64,000 nucleotides of DNA from a virus: positions 3,213 to 67,212 of the IMG/VR virus record IMGVR_UViG_3300030109_003187; one strand, written 5' to 3'. Each line of letters begins with the position of its first letter. Position 1 is the first letter of the stretch. The position numbers and the translations under genes were made by a program. This document shows positions 9,047-18,299 of the stretch, one piece after another. A model generated the notes under the pieces. That model did not search any database. It was given only the letters and a program-made list of their open reading frames with translations, and was not told the DNA's origin.

Positions 9047-9306
9047 ATATGAATTGGCAAGAAACAGATGAGAGAACAGTAATGCACATGATGGTATATA
9101 GAGGAAATATATTTACTCTTGAATATTTCAAAGATGCAATAGAAAATCATAATTGTGATAGATTAACCCTGTTATATCTAATAGACTACTATGAAAATGA
9201 GTGGGGTTCAAATGATGATGTTATGATAATTGGGAACTATTTAGAGAATCTACACCTTACGGAACAACATGAAGTAGAAAAGAAATTTAGGAGAGATAAT
9301 CAATGA
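9043..9306 (+). CDS. Hypothetical protein
   Basis: Coupled ORF. Confidence 0.55.
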   Translation: MNMNWQETDERTVMHMMVYRGNIFTLEYFKDAIENHNCDRLTLLYLIDYYENEWGSNDDVMIIGNYLENLHLTEQHEVEKKFRRDNQ

Positions 9307-10004
9307 ACGAAGAAACACCAGAAGAAGCAGCGAACAGCATACTAGAGCGATTGAGAGAGGGCGGCCTGTGGCAACCACATGGGCTAGGGTTATCCTATGT
9401 CAAAGAGGGAGTCAAGACTGTCAAACTAATCAGTCAAGAGAACACACCCAGTAGTGCCCAAGCAAGAATCCGAATGAGGGTTTTGATTGAAGGTATTGGT
9501 TGGAAGGTAGACGAAACTATCTGTGAGATTGTAGAAGTAGAACACTTGTCGCTAGAAGAGAAGCATATGAAAGAGATGATGATGAGGCAAGAACTAGCCC
9601 AGTCATGGAAGTGTTCCTGTGGTACACCTCTCTCAGCCTTCCCACTAGAGCAAGGTCTCTGGCGACACGATGGGCAAGAAGAAATGATTCTACCCACAGG
9701 TGAGAAAGAGATGGTAGAGCAGTGGTCAGTTGTAGTAGACTGTCCTGTCTGTGAAGCAGAGATACCTCTGGAGCCATACGACTACGGATTGCTAGCAGGT
9801 GATGACTCTATGCTTACTTACAAAACCAGCAAAATGGTTTACACTGCTGCTACTAGACCAGAAATTATTGATAGGGTTGACAGCAAACTGGCTGAGACTA
9901 TTATCATACTAGGTACATTTTGTCCGTTCCATGGAGACTTACTACCGCCTCACATCAGAGGAGGAGTATGTTTCTATTCGGAAATCAAAGGGGAAGAGGA
10001 ATGA
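9303..10004 (+). CDS. Hypothetical Zn-ribbon-containing protein
   Basis: CSCG...CPVC; 233-aa ORF. Confidence 0.7.
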   Translation: MNEETPEEAANSILERLREGGLWQPHGLGLSYVKEGVKTVKLISQENTPSSAQARIRMRVLIEGIGWKVDETICEIVEVEHLSLEEKHMKEMMMRQELAQSWKCSCGTPLSAFPLEQGLWRHDGQEEMILPTGEKEMVEQWSVVVDCPVCEAEIPLEPYDYGLLAGDDSMLTYKTSKMVYTAATRPEIIDRVDSKLAETIIILGTFCPFHGDLLPPHIRGGVCFYSEIKGEEE

Positions 10005-10096
10005 AAGATATAGATTTGAATGATGATATGTTGGCTATGTACAAACATATTATTGCTATGGAAAGAAGAATAAATGAAAGGAGTGAAGAAGAATGA
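10001..10096 (+). CDS. 31-aa hypothetical protein
   Basis: ATGA overlaps at both ends; ends EEE. Confidence 0.4.
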   Translation: MKDIDLNDDMLAMYKHIIAMERRINERSEEE

Positions 10097-10368
10097 ATAT
10101 AGAAATAATACAATTAGGAGAAGACATAATGAGAGTGTTAGTCGTTGACAACGACACTCCCAGCCAACCGTGTGAGAATTGCGGGCAGCCTTGTTACAAC
10201 CACGAACTACTAGCCAAGGAAGATAAAGACTGGTGCATGAACTGTAACGATGAAGAATACAGGAAGGGTTGGTCTGACAGAGACATTGGTGTCTGGTGTA
10301 TAGAACAGATGGCTAAGGGACTGGCTGTGGCAGTTGTCACAAGAGACGAAAAACATCTATACAAATAA
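10093..10368 (+). CDS. Zn-finger protein
   Basis: CENC...CMNC. Confidence 0.65.
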   Translation: MNIEIIQLGEDIMRVLVVDNDTPSQPCENCGQPCYNHELLAKEDKDWCMNCNDEEYRKGWSDRDIGVWCIEQMAKGLAVAVVTRDEKHLYK

Positions 10369-10374
10369 GGAGAA

Positions 10375-10641
10375 ATGAATATGGAAGAAGAATATGAAGA
10401 AGAAGAATACATTTACCAAAGCGGAGATTGTGAGATAATAAATGACTACTACATCTGTGAAACTATATTGTGGGAAGCAAGAGACAAGATTGACCCACCT
10501 TACAAGGACTATGTAATGTTTGCATCAAGTTGCCCCGACACAAATGTAACGCATTTAGTTAATTCTGGGATAGAACTTACTGACATTTCAGTGGTCATAA
10601 TAGGTGGACATGAAACTGTTTGGTATAAGAAGGAGGAATAG
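10375..10641 (+). CDS. Hypothetical acidic protein
   Basis: AGGAG SD; ends EE. Confidence 0.55.
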   Translation: MNMEEEYEEEEYIYQSGDCEIINDYYICETILWEARDKIDPPYKDYVMFASSCPDTNVTHLVNSGIELTDISVVIIGGHETVWYKKEE

Positions 10642-10643
10642 AT

Positions 10644-10832
10644 ATGAAAGGAATTAGATTAACGAAGAAAGAAAAAGCAGCATTGTACACGGTTTTAGAA
10701 GATGGTTTTCACAACACTGTACATCTACTAGATGTGCTTAACTGTGAAGGCGGTTACAACTTTGAAGAAGAATATACAGTCGAAGAAATCAATAGAATCG
10801 GTACATGGATTTGTAACAAATGTGGGGTGTAG
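10644..10832 (+). CDS. Hypothetical protein
   Basis: GGAGG SD. Confidence 0.55.
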   Translation: MKGIRLTKKEKAALYTVLEDGFHNTVHLLDVLNCEGGYNFEEEYTVEEINRIGTWICNKCGV

Positions 10833-10834
10833 AT

Positions 10835-11074
10835 ATGAATGAACATTATTGGAGTAGAATACTTGATGACACATGGAGTCACAACGAATACTTTGACATA
10901 GTTTGCGAAATTCTTTACAAGAAATTTCCACTGGAAACACACGAATCTCATGCAGAGCCTTGGGCTGAAACAATAGTGAAGTCCCAAGCAGAGATGAGAG
11001 ACTTGATAGACAAACTAGATTCTTACTGGAAAAATCACATTAGGGCATTACTTGAATCAAAGGTGGAAGCATGA
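10835..11074 (+). CDS. Hypothetical protein
   Basis: ORF coupled to the next gene. Confidence 0.55.
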   Translation: MNEHYWSRILDDTWSHNEYFDIVCEILYKKFPLETHESHAEPWAETIVKSQAEMRDLIDKLDSYWKNHIRALLESKVEA

Positions 11075-11586
11075 ACATATTTGTATTAGATGAAGACCCA
11101 GCGCAAGCCGCTAGATACCTAGACGATGTTAGACTACCCAAGATGTGTGTAGAGTCAGCACAGATGATGGCATCAGCCCTGCGTAGACATGGTGCTACTG
11201 ACGAAGAGATGCCTCTGACTAAGAAAGGAACGCCTTACATTGGTGGTTACAAACATCACCCCTGTACAGTATGGGCAGGTGACAGTCGTTGTAATTATGT
11301 ATGGCTTGCTCTACATGCGATTGAGCAGTGCAAGGAGTATACTCGAAGGTTCGGTAAAGAACATGCTTGTTACGGGCCAATCAATCACATGGCTCGAATG
11401 TATAGCACTGTTAAGTTTGAGGAGGAATACATGACACCATTCGCACAGGCCATGCCAGACGAATACAAAGCCGATGATGATGTGGTCAAAGCCTACAGGT
11501 CTTACTACAAGTCTAAAGAATACAGCAAGGGTGGTGTCAGATACATTCGAGCCGATGTTCCTACTTGGTGGGAGGTGACGGCGTGA
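11071..11586 (+). CDS. Pyrimidine-dimer DNA glycosylase / endonuclease V-like protein
   Basis: MNIFVLD..P...KM.VESAQM, HHPCTVW, NY.WL, EY..RFGK.H, PFAQAMP, AYR.YY. Confidence 0.85.
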   Translation: MNIFVLDEDPAQAARYLDDVRLPKMCVESAQMMASALRRHGATDEEMPLTKKGTPYIGGYKHHPCTVWAGDSRCNYVWLALHAIEQCKEYTRRFGKEHACYGPINHMARMYSTVKFEEEYMTPFAQAMPDEYKADDDVVKAYRSYYKSKEYSKGGVRYIRADVPTWWEVTA

Positions 11587-11720
11587 CTCATGACCAGTGT
11601 TATTGCGTGAACCCAGTACTGGTATTATCCATGAACATGTGTGGTAATTGTTACTGCCGAATAGATTCAAGTCAGCCAAGATGCACGGACTTATGGCAAG
11701 GCGTGGAGGTGACGGCGTGA
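11583..11720 (+). CDS. 45-aa Cys-rich protein flanked by 16-bp direct repeats
   Basis: Hand translation from GTG: THDQCYC...CGNCYC; GGAGGTGACGGCGTGA at 11571-11586 and 11705-11720. Confidence 0.55.
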   Translation: MTHDQCYCVNPVLVLSMNMCGNCYCRIDSSQPRCTDLWQGVEVTA

Positions 11721-11845
11721 AGTGGAAGAATCGAAAGTGCCCTACATGCGGTCAAACTAATGTTTTGTTTCACGGTATCGAAGACGATGTTGAAATCAAG
11801 ATATGGTCTTGCGGTCATCAGAGAGGCGGAGGAAGACCAGTATGA
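11717..11845 (+). CDS. Small Zn-ribbon protein
   Basis: GTG start after GGAGGTGA; CPTC...WSCGH. Confidence 0.55.
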   Translation: MKWKNRKCPTCGQTNVLFHGIEDDVEIKIWSCGHQRGGGRPV

Positions 11846-11955
11846 AAGATTCAGTTAACAAAGTAGCCGTTGATGCAATAACAATCATACAACATTTAGG
11901 CCACTATGAATTGGCCGAACTATTAATGAATAGATACGAGGGGTTGACAAAATGA
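11842..11955 (+). CDS. 37-aa hypothetical protein
   Basis: ATGA overlaps at both ends. Confidence 0.45.
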   Translation: MKDSVNKVAVDAITIIQHLGHYELAELLMNRYEGLTK

Positions 11956-12194
11956 GTAAAACATACATAGTTGAATCAGCAGATGGAGAAAATGAATACG
12001 AAGTGTTCTGTAAAGAATGTCACCCAGACGGCGAAGTCTGTTGTGACGAATGCTTACATCACAATGACTTTGACATACCATGCAAAGCGTGTATTGGTGA
12101 AGAAGAAGAATACGACAGCCTATGCTCTGACTGTAAGGTAGAAGTGGATGGCGTTATCGCTGACAGATACTGGATAGCACATGGTGAGTTGTGA
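11952..12194 (+). CDS. Cys-rich (4x CxxC) protein
   Basis: CKEC, CDEC, CKAC, CSDC. Confidence 0.6.
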   Translation: MSKTYIVESADGENEYEVFCKECHPDGEVCCDECLHHNDFDIPCKACIGEEEEYDSLCSDCKVEVDGVIADRYWIAHGEL

Positions 12195-12466
12195 TGGCAA
12201 GAGGATTCGAGCAAACAATACTTTGGCGAGTGCCATGCACTTCTGTCAGATGGAGAGGCAAGGCCGAGGTAGTCATGAGTGTGGCTGACCCGATTGGCAA
12301 CAGCCCTGCTATGATTGACATCAGAACTAGAAGAACAATCGAACATCACAAAGGTGAGGGCTTTACGAGAGAGGGCGTAAGGCTGACACAGGAAGACGCA
12401 ATGAGTCTAGCCAAAGCATTACTACATACCCTCGAAGAACTGAGGGAAACAGATGCTACTGGCTGA
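12191..12466 (+). CDS. PC4/Sub1-like ssDNA-binding protein
   Basis: IDIR...GFTREGVRLT..helix pattern of the PC4 fold. Confidence 0.65.
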   Translation: MMARGFEQTILWRVPCTSVRWRGKAEVVMSVADPIGNSPAMIDIRTRRTIEHHKGEGFTREGVRLTQEDAMSLAKALLHTLEELRETDATG

Positions 12467-13907
12467 GGCAGCAAACATTTCTGAGAGTCTCAGGAAACTG
12501 TATAGGAACTACATGACTGATGCAGAGAATCGGTCTACCCACTTCCGTCACTCGATAGATATTATCAGAGAAGCGGTTAACAATGCGCTGGATGACTTGG
12601 GTGAATTGATTGAGATATTCTATCCTAAGTATTCACGCTACCCTAGGCAGTTCATTTCCTTTAGAGAGTTGAGAGATGATGTCTGTAAGAAGTTATCAAT
12701 CTCTCCTCTAGTATGGGATGAGTCCTTTGCAGGTAAACCAATGGTGCCCCTGCTGTCATTGGAGTCACCCGAATACGGAGGGGAAGGGATGACAGTCAAG
12801 CAGGCACTCAACCTCATGGCTCGTGTAAGAGATGTAGGCTTTCTCGAAATTGCCAGCAAAATGCATGAGAAAGAAGCCCTACTGTTTTGGTCAAGAGCAA
12901 CTGGTGAGAGACCTATGATGCCTATCGCTAGGTTCTTGCAGATGGTCACCTACCTTACAGATGGTCACGCCCAAAGTCTACAGTCGATTAGGCTGATGAT
13001 GGAAACTATGCAGCCCGCTGAGATTATTCAGAAGTTGTTTGGTGACGGTATGACTGACATGGAGGTGAGGACCATGCAGCCCGGACAGGCTTTCAGTGGC
13101 CCTATCTATCGAGCATGGGATAAACTGGTAGCGCCAAGCAATGCATACGCTGAGGTCATCAGTCACCCTCGTAGATACTTACACATCACTGAGTTTCCCA
13201 AGGGACAGTTCAAAGGAGTTCTCTACAATAGAGACAGGCAGGTCATTGGTAAGACTAGTAACCTACCACTTCAACAAGAAGGTATCTTTGAGGTAGAAGC
13301 AGAAGGTGTAGAGATAAAGTCAGTCAATGATATCATGGCACTCGATAGTGACTGGGATATCTACAAGTTAGATTACATAGACAGAGTATCTTTCCTTGAA
13401 AGGCTCAACCTATCAACGCCAGTCAAGACAGGTAAGGTCGTCGAGCCTTCTTCGGATATCAGCCAAATGCTTGAGACTCTGGAGGATAATGAAAGACTAA
13501 GGTTGATTTCCACTGGACCTTTCTCTGTCGGAGGAGACGGGGGCTGGTTAGTTCTCAAGGATGCATTCCATGTTCACCTACTCGTCAATGCCATCATGCG
13601 AGACGAGGAGTACGATGTTCACATCAGAGTGTCATCGTTAGATGGCTATGAGATATACGAGGTTGGACAGATGAAACTAAAAACTAATGTGGCTCAGCAT
13701 GTAAGGCAGCGCCTTGCTCAGCAAGGAGTTCTCGTAGGGATGAACTGGTTGCCTGTAGATGAATACGCAGTTGTGGTCACCATGGAAATAAATGAGTTTG
13801 ATTTGAGCGCCCTTTCGATTAAGAATTGTAAGGTTGAATATGTTGATGACAATCTAGGCTACAGTGATGTCTCGCAACTGACAGACTTGATAGAAATGGG
13901 GGCTTAA
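12453..13907 (+). CDS. ATP-dependent DNA ligase-derived protein, apparently catalytically inactive
   Basis: Ligase-like N-terminal helical domain and overall layout; motif I (EKxDGxR) appears as EVISHPRRYLH, without the Lys. Confidence 0.6.
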   Translation: MLLAEAANISESLRKLYRNYMTDAENRSTHFRHSIDIIREAVNNALDDLGELIEIFYPKYSRYPRQFISFRELRDDVCKKLSISPLVWDESFAGKPMVPLLSLESPEYGGEGMTVKQALNLMARVRDVGFLEIASKMHEKEALLFWSRATGERPMMPIARFLQMVTYLTDGHAQSLQSIRLMMETMQPAEIIQKLFGDGMTDMEVRTMQPGQAFSGPIYRAWDKLVAPSNAYAEVISHPRRYLHITEFPKGQFKGVLYNRDRQVIGKTSNLPLQQEGIFEVEAEGVEIKSVNDIMALDSDWDIYKLDYIDRVSFLERLNLSTPVKTGKVVEPSSDISQMLETLEDNERLRLISTGPFSVGGDGGWLVLKDAFHVHLLVNAIMRDEEYDVHIRVSSLDGYEIYEVGQMKLKTNVAQHVRQRLAQQGVLVGMNWLPVDEYAVVVTMEINEFDLSALSIKNCKVEYVDDNLGYSDVSQLTDLIEMGA

Positions 13908-13911
13908 TTTG

Positions 13912-13934
13912 ACTTCTTTTATAAAGGTCCTAAG
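13912..13934 (+). promoter_or_regulatory. 23-bp TATA-containing element, copy 2 (probable promoter of the replication operon)
   Basis: Identical to 7329-7351; TTTTATAAA about 30 nt upstream of the RFC ATG. Confidence 0.8.
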
Positions 13935-13952
13935 TAGGTATGGTGTGATTTT

Positions 13953-14879
13953 ATGAACTTAAGGGAGAAGTACAGACCGTCTACAGTGACAGACTTGGTT
14001 GGATGTAAAGAGTTTACTGAACCAGCCCAGACTTGGACACTGGAGAGTTGTCCAGCAAACCTGTTATTCGCCGGACCTCCGGGTGTAGGTAAGACTAGTG
14101 CTGCTTATGCCTTGGCAAAGGATTTGCTGGGCGAGTACTTTGACCCGATGAATTTCATCGTCACCAATGCTAGCGATGACAGAGGGATAGATTACATTCG
14201 TTCTCTCAAGATGATGAGCAAGCAGAAAGGGATTGGTGTAAGTCGTAGAATCATTTTTCTCGATGAGGCTGATAGTTTCACAGCCCCTGCTCAAAAGGCA
14301 CTCAGACAAATCATGGAAGAGAGTCACAAGTCTACCATATTCATACTCACTGCTAACGATGTGTCAACGATACACCGAGCAATACTTGACCGATGTGTCA
14401 AATACTCCTTCAAAGGTATAGACCCAGAAGACAATGAACGGATGGCTATGATAATTGAACAGGAAGGAATGCCAGAAGAATGGCTAGCAAACCTTCCGCA
14501 CCTAATCAAATTCACAGGCGGAAGCCTAAGACAGGCTATTGACATAATAGATAGTCTACCAAGAGAACCGGATGCACTCATCAAAAGCATCAAACGAGAT
14601 ACACAATATCTCAACAAAGCGGCTGTACATCTTCTGGGAGGAGACTTCCCAAAGGTGACCGCTTATCTGGCACAGGCTCTTGAGTCTGGTCAGTCAAGAC
14701 TGGGTATCCTAAAGGGACTCAGATATCGTGCCAAGCCACTCATGGGGAGTGACGACGAATGGCACAATTTCATGCTCACTTATGGCGAGTTCGTCATACT
14801 GGCTACACAGTGGCCGGATGATGACTTGGCGTTTGTCGAGTACTTTATAGCAAAAATGAAATATAACATGGAGAAATAA
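13953..14879 (+). CDS. rfcS: Replication factor C small subunit (clamp loader)
   Basis: EKYRP, GPPGVGKT, NASDDRG, DEAD, AQKALR. Confidence 0.93.
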   Translation: MNLREKYRPSTVTDLVGCKEFTEPAQTWTLESCPANLLFAGPPGVGKTSAAYALAKDLLGEYFDPMNFIVTNASDDRGIDYIRSLKMMSKQKGIGVSRRIIFLDEADSFTAPAQKALRQIMEESHKSTIFILTANDVSTIHRAILDRCVKYSFKGIDPEDNERMAMIIEQEGMPEEWLANLPHLIKFTGGSLRQAIDIIDSLPREPDALIKSIKRDTQYLNKAAVHLLGGDFPKVTAYLAQALESGQSRLGILKGLRYRAKPLMGSDDEWHNFMLTYGEFVILATQWPDDDLAFVEYFIAKMKYNMEK

Positions 14880-14881
14880 AT

Positions 14882-16159
14882 ATGAATGAAAACGAAGATA
14901 GGAAATGGCCAGAAGATGTATTAGAACGACTCAACGGTTATGGTGAAAGAGTAGGAAAACAAATAGGCGAAGTGGCTAACGAGTTCAAGGCTTGGTTAAA
15001 AGTCGAGTACAGTGTAGACGACCCGCTTACAGAAGACACCTTTTACCTTAGTCAATGGAGTGAACAATTCGTACTAGAGACAAGAAACCTAGGCGGTTCA
15101 GGTGGCAGTGGTAGAGACACTGTTACTTTCGTCGGTATGTTTGTTGGTGCAGAGAATGAGAACAGAGACCAAAGGGCTGGTATGATGGAGAGGGCAATGA
15201 ATGTATTCAAGTCTAATCGAGGAAGAGCAGTTGACGAAGGACACATTGGTATCGTTACCGCCAAGAGCGGTGAATGGTATGTCAATGGTCAACCAAGCGG
15301 TGAGCGACTACAAGGTAGTGACTTACCATGGTTTGCCTTTGAACACAATGATGAGATACTTTGTCTACTAAACAAACAGAATGAAAGCACCAAACCAATG
15401 GCACCTACTAGTGTCAGCAGAACGCTTTACTTCTTGGGTTCCGCTGAAAACAGCAACGAGATTAAGAAATGGCGTGTCAGTGTAAGTGGTAACAACATGG
15501 ATGCAGATTACCAAAGGTGGACTGCCTGTAAGATAAAGGTAGTAGAGCCGAAGGCTGATAGAGATACTCTTTACACTAACAGAGACTTTGCTGAGAAAGT
15601 AGAGTATACTGACAAGTGGCTACCAGAGAATCTAAGGAAGTCATTCACAGCAGAGCGCCTGTTAACTGATGACAACATGCACAACGAGTATGTTGACCTA
15701 TCAGAGTTGCTAGAGGCTCACGGTGAAAGAAAGGTCATAGGTGCTAACGGTACTACATACAACCCAGTGGTAATCACCAAGGGATATGTCAGTCTACTCA
15801 ACAGAGAGCCGTCTGAAAGTACGGTAGACCCTACTGGTAGAAGTTACCGAATCAATATCACTAACCTCGGACTACAGTCCAGATTCGGTAGAGAGAGTTT
15901 CGCATCTACCGTGACCGTATGGATACCGGGTAGAATGAATGATGAAGACCATCCGTTTGAATTCCAGAAAGATGGAAAGTGGATACCTTATGCAGAGAAG
16001 ACTCAAGTAATCATAGTTGGTAGATTGCGTATCAGACCATACAAGGATGAGATGCTACCAAGTATAGGTGCCCTAGGTATCTATGTCCCGCCAAAGACCG
16101 CAAGGCCTTCCGGTGGTACGGGGAATACAGATTTGAATCAATTCGGAGGTGACCAGTAA
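14882..16159 (+). CDS. Putative RPA-like OB-fold ssDNA-binding protein
   Basis: Position in the replication block; beta-rich C-terminal domain (QVIIVGRLR...LGIY); PIP-like tail TDLNQF. Confidence 0.5.
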   Translation: MNENEDRKWPEDVLERLNGYGERVGKQIGEVANEFKAWLKVEYSVDDPLTEDTFYLSQWSEQFVLETRNLGGSGGSGRDTVTFVGMFVGAENENRDQRAGMMERAMNVFKSNRGRAVDEGHIGIVTAKSGEWYVNGQPSGERLQGSDLPWFAFEHNDEILCLLNKQNESTKPMAPTSVSRTLYFLGSAENSNEIKKWRVSVSGNNMDADYQRWTACKIKVVEPKADRDTLYTNRDFAEKVEYTDKWLPENLRKSFTAERLLTDDNMHNEYVDLSELLEAHGERKVIGANGTTYNPVVITKGYVSLLNREPSESTVDPTGRSYRINITNLGLQSRFGRESFASTVTVWIPGRMNDEDHPFEFQKDGKWIPYAEKTQVIIVGRLRIRPYKDEMLPSIGALGIYVPPKTARPSGGTGNTDLNQFGGDQ

Positions 16160-17208
16160 TGAGTGGTTGGGGAGCACTAGCATCAGGGAATGACCAGACT
16201 AAGGTCGCTGATATTGTTGAGGAGAAGACGACAGCACCAGTGCAGGAAACTGTACCGGAGCAGCCTGTACAAGAACAGGCACCTCCTCAACAAGTCACCT
16301 CCACCCAGTTTGTCAGCAATTTTCCTGACATTGAAGCGGAGATGGTTGCTCAATCAGACAGTCCCATTATCTCACCTAGCAGTATCTTCTGTGGCGTAGT
16401 AGGTCATGAAGGTACAGGTAAGAGTGGTGTTGTCTTTGATGCACACTTTAACAGATACCCAGACGGGCTTATGATGGCAGTAGACTTCGACAACGGAGCA
16501 CTATCATGCAAACAGGCTCATTACAGAGAAAGTAACAATGTAAGGATATTTAGCCCTTGGGTCATGCAGATGCAAGACAGGACTGCTTACAACTACTTAC
16601 TTACCTTCCAGCGAGTTATGGACATTGGTAGATATGCTATTGAGTATGCTGAAAGACAACAACAGGCTGGCTTTGATGAACCTCTACTTAGGACATTCTT
16701 CGTCACTGGTGTAGACCAGTTCGACGCCATGTGCATTGACTGTATGAAGATTTACGACCTAGACATGGATGCCAAAGATGCTATCGAAGCAAGTCATTCC
16801 AAGTTAAATCAAGAAGTTGGTTGGAACTGGAACATTCGTGCTACTCGATTCAAACAACTCACAGGTATCTGTAGGAAACTGAACGCTCTAGGTGTAGATG
16901 TTTACTGGGAAAGCCATCTGAAAGAACACAAAGATAGTCAGCCAGAATTTGAAGGTTGGAAATTTGCATGGCATGCTAGTGCTAACAAAGACTTGTGGCA
17001 AATCATTTGGTGCAAAGGTAAGAAAGTACGCAACAGCGACGGCTCCTCGACTGGAGAAGTGCAGCACACTGCTACATTCTTCAAGTCCAAACTGAATCCT
17101 AACTTGCATAATCAAGAGAGGATATACTTCGTAACTAAGGTAGACGAGGATGCCAAGTGGTATGGTCTTCCAGAACTAAGAGACGGTGCAATTGGAGGAA
17201 TACAATAA
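16159..17208 (+). CDS. RecA-fold P-loop ATPase (Sak4/AAA_24/RadA-like)
   Basis: GHEGTGKS Walker A, VDFDNG, atypical Walker B FFVTGVD. Confidence 0.7.
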   Translation: MSGWGALASGNDQTKVADIVEEKTTAPVQETVPEQPVQEQAPPQQVTSTQFVSNFPDIEAEMVAQSDSPIISPSSIFCGVVGHEGTGKSGVVFDAHFNRYPDGLMMAVDFDNGALSCKQAHYRESNNVRIFSPWVMQMQDRTAYNYLLTFQRVMDIGRYAIEYAERQQQAGFDEPLLRTFFVTGVDQFDAMCIDCMKIYDLDMDAKDAIEASHSKLNQEVGWNWNIRATRFKQLTGICRKLNALGVDVYWESHLKEHKDSQPEFEGWKFAWHASANKDLWQIIWCKGKKVRNSDGSSTGEVQHTATFFKSKLNPNLHNQERIYFVTKVDEDAKWYGLPELRDGAIGGIQ

Positions 17209-17335
17209 TCAGACTCATGGGGGTTTATCAGGTAATAACGGGAAAATTTTCTGACTACTGAGATAGTGTCCTTGGGTTTGCTTTTTGGTGTATTTTCCTT
17301 TTTCAGCACGAACCCGTTCCCCCCGCCTTTTGTAG
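17209..17335. other. Structured intergenic element (candidate ncRNA, attenuator or origin)
   Basis: GGGGG...AACGGG (17219-17242) complementary to CCCGTTCCCCC (17313-17323); internal T-tracts. Confidence 0.4.
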
Positions 17336-17344
17336 GTGACAAAC

Positions 17345-18106
17345 ATGGTAGATTTTACAGTAAGTAGAGAAACATTCAACAACTTCTTAGGGAGTTTTGG
17401 TAAAGACTTAGGTGACTTGGTTATCAAAGTTACAACCGAAGGGATAGTAGCAGCAGTAGGTCAACAGACCCACTACATTCGTAGGAAGGTAGATTGCGGT
17501 ACTGGTCAGACAGGTAATATATATGTCAGCGACATTCCAAAACTCAAGTCCTTTATTGCGACAGCGAAGAGTGCTGATATGACAATCAATCAAAGTGCCA
17601 AGACGGGTACACTACACATACAGGGTGACAAGGCTAGTCTACAACTACCTACATCATCCTACATCAAGTCCCAAGAAATGGTTGGCTTGATGGAAAGACT
17701 CATCCGTCAATCGGAAGACAGTATGTGGCAGAAGTGGGCTAATCTATCACTTAACTACCATGCCAGAGTTGCAGCCGAATCGCTGAAACCAGCAACAGGC
17801 TTCAAGAAAGTCTTGGGTGACAAGTACTCTTGTAAGACTGAGTTCGACCCACAAGGGCAGGAGTTAGTCATACGAGGAGGCAAGTCAGCCACTGGTAAGA
17901 TGTTCGTACGGGCTCCTCTGAGTGGCATCGCTTCTCCTGAGATTACCGCAAGGTCAGCATTTGACAAGTGGTTACCGGAGTTATTATCCAATCTACCTAA
18001 CGGTGAGTTGAACCTGTACACAGGTGATGAGACCGTGCTTGTATTAGAGCAGCCGTCTACTCACTTCCTAATGGTGATAATGGACCAAGAATATGAGGAG
18101 GACTGA
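17345..18106 (+). CDS. pcn: PCNA-like sliding clamp
   Basis: About 253 aa, two-domain beta-alpha pattern, lies between RFC and PolB; GGTGA SD. Confidence 0.7.
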   Translation: MVDFTVSRETFNNFLGSFGKDLGDLVIKVTTEGIVAAVGQQTHYIRRKVDCGTGQTGNIYVSDIPKLKSFIATAKSADMTINQSAKTGTLHIQGDKASLQLPTSSYIKSQEMVGLMERLIRQSEDSMWQKWANLSLNYHARVAAESLKPATGFKKVLGDKYSCKTEFDPQGQELVIRGGKSATGKMFVRAPLSGIASPEITARSAFDKWLPELLSNLPNGELNLYTGDETVLVLEQPSTHFLMVIMDQEYEED

Positions 18107-18108
18107 AT

Positions 18109-18297
18109 ATGACTAACTATATGCATGTAAATAGACAAAGAAGAGACATCTGTTGGTTATGCGGTGGTAAACTGATTTGGGGCTGTGACTATGACCCAGA
18201 GGACTACGGTTACGAAGGTAACGGTATAGTGGCTACACTACACTGTTCATCGTGCGGTGCCGATGTGACTTATGTACAGATAGATGAAGAGGAATAG
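18109..18297 (+). CDS. Zn-ribbon protein
   Basis: CWLCGG...CSSCGA. Confidence 0.7.
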   Translation: MTNYMHVNRQRRDICWLCGGKLIWGCDYDPEDYGYEGNGIVATLHCSSCGADVTYVQIDEEE

Positions 18298-18299
18298 AT

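Noticed and set aside
17209-17340. tRNA gene
   Set aside because: No T-loop GTTCRA or cloverleaf could be built
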